The position numbers and the translations under genes are program-made. Positions 60,027 through 64,000 of a stretch of DNA of 64,000 nucleotides are shown here, one piece after another. The stretch comes from Haliotis rubra. Its lineage: Eukaryota. The first letter of the stretch is position 1. Each line of letters starts with the position of its first letter. Where the stretch lies: the NCBI RefSeq assembly GCF_003918875.1, contig NW_025766991.1:2170001-2234000 (forward strand), read 5' to 3'. Under the pieces are notes generated by a model that saw nothing but the letters and a program-made list of their open reading frames with translations, was not told the DNA's origin and did not search any database.

Positions 60027-60273
60027 GCCCATGAAGATCCGGGTTAGAACTGATCTTCAGTAACCCATGCTTGTCGTGAGAGGCGACTAACGGGATCAGG
60101 TGGTGAGGTTCGCCGACTTGGTGCAGGGCACATGTCATCGTATCCCAGTTGCGTAGATCGATGCTCATGCTGTTGATCACTGGATTGTCTGGTCCAGACT
60201 CGATAATTCACAGACTGCCGCCATATAGCTGGAATATTGCGGAGTGCGGCGTAAAACTAAACTCACTCACTCA
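60027..60273 (+). mobile_element. SINE-like family A (non-tRNA structured head), full length; others at about 576-770, 1058-1260, 27602-27846(-), 31660-32055(-), 35801-36028, 38991-39172, 45924-46115(-), 63644-63836
   Basis: About 245-bp dispersed repeat; tail GCTGGAATATTGC..GGCGTAAAAC..(TCAC)n shared with family B; TSDs on several copies. Confidence 0.88.
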
Positions 60274-61259
60274 TTATTGTTGGCGTTTGGTATTTATATC
60301 TCGTGCCTCTTCGTAGACTTGTGAATCGTGATTCTTAGTAGACTTGTGTATTGCATATCTTAGTAGACTTGTGTATCGTACATCTTAGTATACTTTGTAG
60401 CGTGCCTCTTATTTGACCTTTGTCTCGTGTAGTTTATTAGCTGTCTGTGTTGTCTGTTTTGTGCTTATAGCCATTGAGAATAGATCTGATCCGGGCCACA
60501 CATATCTCTTTGTAACTTTGTAAGATAAGGATGAAACATAACTCAGTCACGAAGTCTGTATCCATTTAGTTCACACGGATGGATAGATTCCCTGAGCCAA
60601 GAAAATCAATAGACTATGAGGCGTCTTATTGTTATCGAAGAGTCGATATAATTCAGATTATACAGGAAAAAGTATCATATGAATGTCAAGTGCTTAATAA
60701 TGCTTATCAAATAATTGGGTCTATCCTATTTGACTTCCTGGAAAGATAACCGTTCCTCAAAAGGCGCTGTCTCTATGCACATTGGTCAATTCCTTCATTC
60801 TCGCATGCTAATGATAAAGGAGGGAGTTATGCATGATAAAATCATATCTGTGTGACGTGACATTTATCGACTGAATGTATGCTAATTTTACCTCACCGGA
60901 TGCAATGGTGCAGTTGTATACATGTGAGACTATTCCACCAGGAAACCATCAGTATTAATACATGTATATGGCATTGTGTGATTGTGAGGGCTGTCACGAG
61001 TAATACGTGGCGTAATGGCCTATAAACTCATAAACGGATATTTGTTTATCATGATTTGTCAGAAATTTACGTATCTATCGATACGAAATGAAATGGAACA
61101 GATGCATGCAGGATCATTGTATAATCCTTTTGAGATTTAATAATCCTTTTGAGATTTAGTAAAGTAAACTGTACATCGCGAGTAAAAGACAGAAATGTCG
61201 CGGCTGTTATAAATGAGTAAACTTGCTTTAACACTGGAAAAGAAAAGTATTCCAGTTAC

Positions 61260-61426
61260 ATCACGACGTGTCTGTTTAATGTGGGAGAAAAACCCGAGGT
61301 GATGCAGGTCTCGATTTATGGTGCTGGCAAACGCATAATCGAGAGGAACCGGTTTCGAACCAACGATCATAGATCGTCCTGGACCTGAGGAAAGACTTGC
61401 TTCATTTAGGGCCTTAGCAGGGAGGG
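61260..61426 (-). CDS. Possible internal exon of the same upstream gene (LPAKALNEASLSSGPGRSMIVGSKPVPLDY...QTRRD)
   Basis: TTTTCCCTCCTGTCTATAG| acceptor, GAT|GTAACT donor, open frame, phase 1 to 0, compatible with 58493. Confidence 0.3.
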
Positions 61427-61506
61427 CTATAGACAGGAGGGAAAATAATGTTGTTCAGGGACTAGTTTCTGACGTGCCCATGTGATTCAACTCTGCACAG
61501 CTAATG

Positions 61507-61678
61507 ATTGACTGACTGACTGAGTTTGGTTTTACGCCGCTTTTAGCAATATTCCAGCAATATCACGGCGGGGGACACCAGAAATGGGCTTCACTCATTG
61601 TACCCATGTGGGGATTCGAACCCGGGTCTTGAGCGTGACGAGTCAACGCTTTAACCACTAGACTACCCCACCGCCCCC
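61507..61678 (-). mobile_element. SINE family B, young full-length copy
   Basis: Near-identical to 18905-19074; 12-bp TSD GCACAGCTAATG. Confidence 0.9.
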
Positions 61679-63368
61679 GCACAGCTAATGCGGTGGACTT
61701 GCACAAGTCTCTAAGGTAATGATCATTAGTTTAAATGAACATTTCTAAAAAAAATATAACTAATAGTCTGGCGTCCCTGTACTGTCCGCTTATCTAGACT
61801 TGCCTCTTTAAAGGTTAGAATTACTACACACCCATGGGCTTAGCATTCAGTACAGCCTTGGAGCGAGGCTACTAATGCGGCACCTTGGACCAAACCATGA
61901 AACGAGTGCAATCATAATCACGATCGTTTGTATCGTTTGAAATCTGTATTTCAAAATGTTGCAATACAACAGCTTTTTCTGTACCATACATCACCAACGA
62001 TCAAATCCCCACTAATGCCCGCTAACGAGGCAGAAGAAACAGAAGCTATGGTCACGTGATGACCGCCAAGCAGGTGGTCAGCAGACCACGAATACACACT
62101 CGTCAATTACACGGCCACATGTCGGACAGTATAACATGGCGTAACGGCACCTGTATATCACCGGGGCCACGCCCCCGACTCTGCGTGCTAGTCTGTCTCG
62201 GTTGCCTAATGTTACAGAACCGTCTCAGTTATATATGTAGAATATGAGGAAGACATGTCACCATTACAACGATAAGTTTCTGGGTCATGGTTTGGGCATG
62301 GCAGTCTGGAGTGAGTGAGTGAGTGAGTATGGTGAGTATGGTCTTGCGCCGCTTTTAGCAACATTCCAGCAACATCACGGCAGGGGAACACCAGAAATGG
62401 GCTTCACACATTGTACCCATGTGTGGAATCGAACCCGGGCCTTCGGCGTGACGAGCGAACGTTTTAACCACTAGGCTACCCCACCGCCCCTGTCAGTCTG
62501 GAAAGCTGGTATTGCTTGTGTCACTAGTGGGTGAGACCTGAGTGCCGCGATGGGTTCCCTTCCACGAAGAGTTCTTAGCGCTTAGGTGATGTTAACTCAT
62601 ACCTTTACATGGCCTACCATGGTCGTAGTGCTAAGGTCACTTTTTTGGGGACGGGGCCCAGGTTTACAGATTTATCAGGTGATTGAAATTATTTTAAGTA
62701 TGAATTTCATTCCTGGCATTGATTATACATTTCTGTGGAGTCGCCGACAAGAGTGAGCTGGTTTGTCTTCCATTGCAATGCGCTAGGAATGGGAATCATG
62801 TTGTATCCATGATGGGAATCGAACCCAGAATTTCGGTATAACGAGCCAACGTTTCAATTGGGCTATCACCTCGCTATGGATACAGAATGCGAATCGGATG
62901 GCTTTGTGTGACTGTGCTGGTTTTGTAGCGCCAAAACCGGTGGCCGACTGCATGTCAAAGTTCCAAATAAGCCGTAAAACGATATTCACTCAAGCAATGA
63001 ATGGAATATCATTCAACAAAACCTAGTTATTCCTGCTACTAGGGACACAGAAATGGGCGTCAGACCTACTTAGGGAATCGAACCGAAAACTTTGAAGTGA
63101 CGAGCGAACACGATGACTACAGGGCTACTCTACCGTATCCAAAGTGTGGCATGTGTGTCATTGAACTATATACGTTGTCCTAATAACCAACTGCGGTTAA
63201 ATGTTAGTTATGGACGAAATAATACCTCGTCAGATGCGCGCCACATGTATATAGTTGGCGCATATCCTGAACAACTCGAACAGTATCTCTCCATACATAA
63301 GCGTATATCTATATATGCATGGCTATTTGACCGTTCTTGAATTATCAAATAGAAGACATAATGTGATG

Positions 63369-63604
63369 ATGAGTTGAGTTTTACGCCGCACTCAGCAATA
63401 TTCCAGCTATATGGCGGCGGTCTGTAAATAATCGAGTCTGGACCAGACAATCCAGAGATCAACAGCAGGAGCATCGATCTGCGCAATTGGGAACCGATGA
63501 CATGTGTCAATTAAGTCAGCAAGCCTGACCACCCGATCCCGTTAGTCGCCTCCTACGACAAGCATGGGTTACCGAAGATCAATTCTAACCCGGACCTTCA
63601 CGGG
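63369..63604 (-). mobile_element. SINE-like family A, full length
   Basis: TSD AAGACATAAT on both sides. Confidence 0.88.
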
Positions 63605-64000
63605 TAAGACATAATATCCCCATTATGCAAATTACTGTCTTCTACCCATGCTTGTCGTAAGAGGCGACTAACGGGATCGGGTGGTCAGGTCTCGAGAGTT
63701 GCTTGACACATGTATTCGCATCCCAACTGCGTAGATCAATGCTCATGCTGTTGAACACTGGATTGTCTGGTTATTTACGGACCGCCGCCATATAGGTGGA
63801 ATATTGCTGAGTGTGGCGTTAAACAACAAACAAACACATAAAACTCATGTGACCACTTATGTTGTCACGTAAAACTGTACTACTATAACTTTCCTAGTAA
63901 CGTTGAGAGTAAACTGTCTTGCAATTGCTGGAATATTGCTAAAATCGGCGTAAAACCATACTCAGTCAGTCAGTCAGTCTTGCAAAAGAAAGTACACATT

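Overview
Eukaryotic (animal, very probably molluscan; the SINE complement resembles gastropod/abalone DNA) genomic window. It is dominated by one spliced gene on the minus strand, alpha-actinin. Its CDS spans 56132 to 10166 in 23 exons per transcript (about 889 aa): CH1-CH2 actin-binding domain, four spectrin repeats and an EF-hand domain. Exon phases were checked by hand and chain correctly. Notable gene features: a duplicated, mutually exclusive 79-nt exon pair in CH2 (5a/5b); a GC-AG intron; a 1-nt frameshift in a homopolymer of the last exon (probably an assembly error); and a 4-kb intron in spectrin repeat 3 holding several candidate microexons plus clustered Rbfox-type (GCAUG) and STAR/QKI-type (ACUAAY) motifs. 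The rest is three SINE-like families with related 3' tails (one has a pseudoknotted non-tRNA head that could be a ribozyme), a CORE-SINE fragment, MITEs, a decayed Tc1 transposase, several minisatellites, an N gap, and two possible terminal exons of an upstream minus-strand gene. Most ORF-track entries are spurious or repeat-derived. All calls were made by eye; no searches were run.
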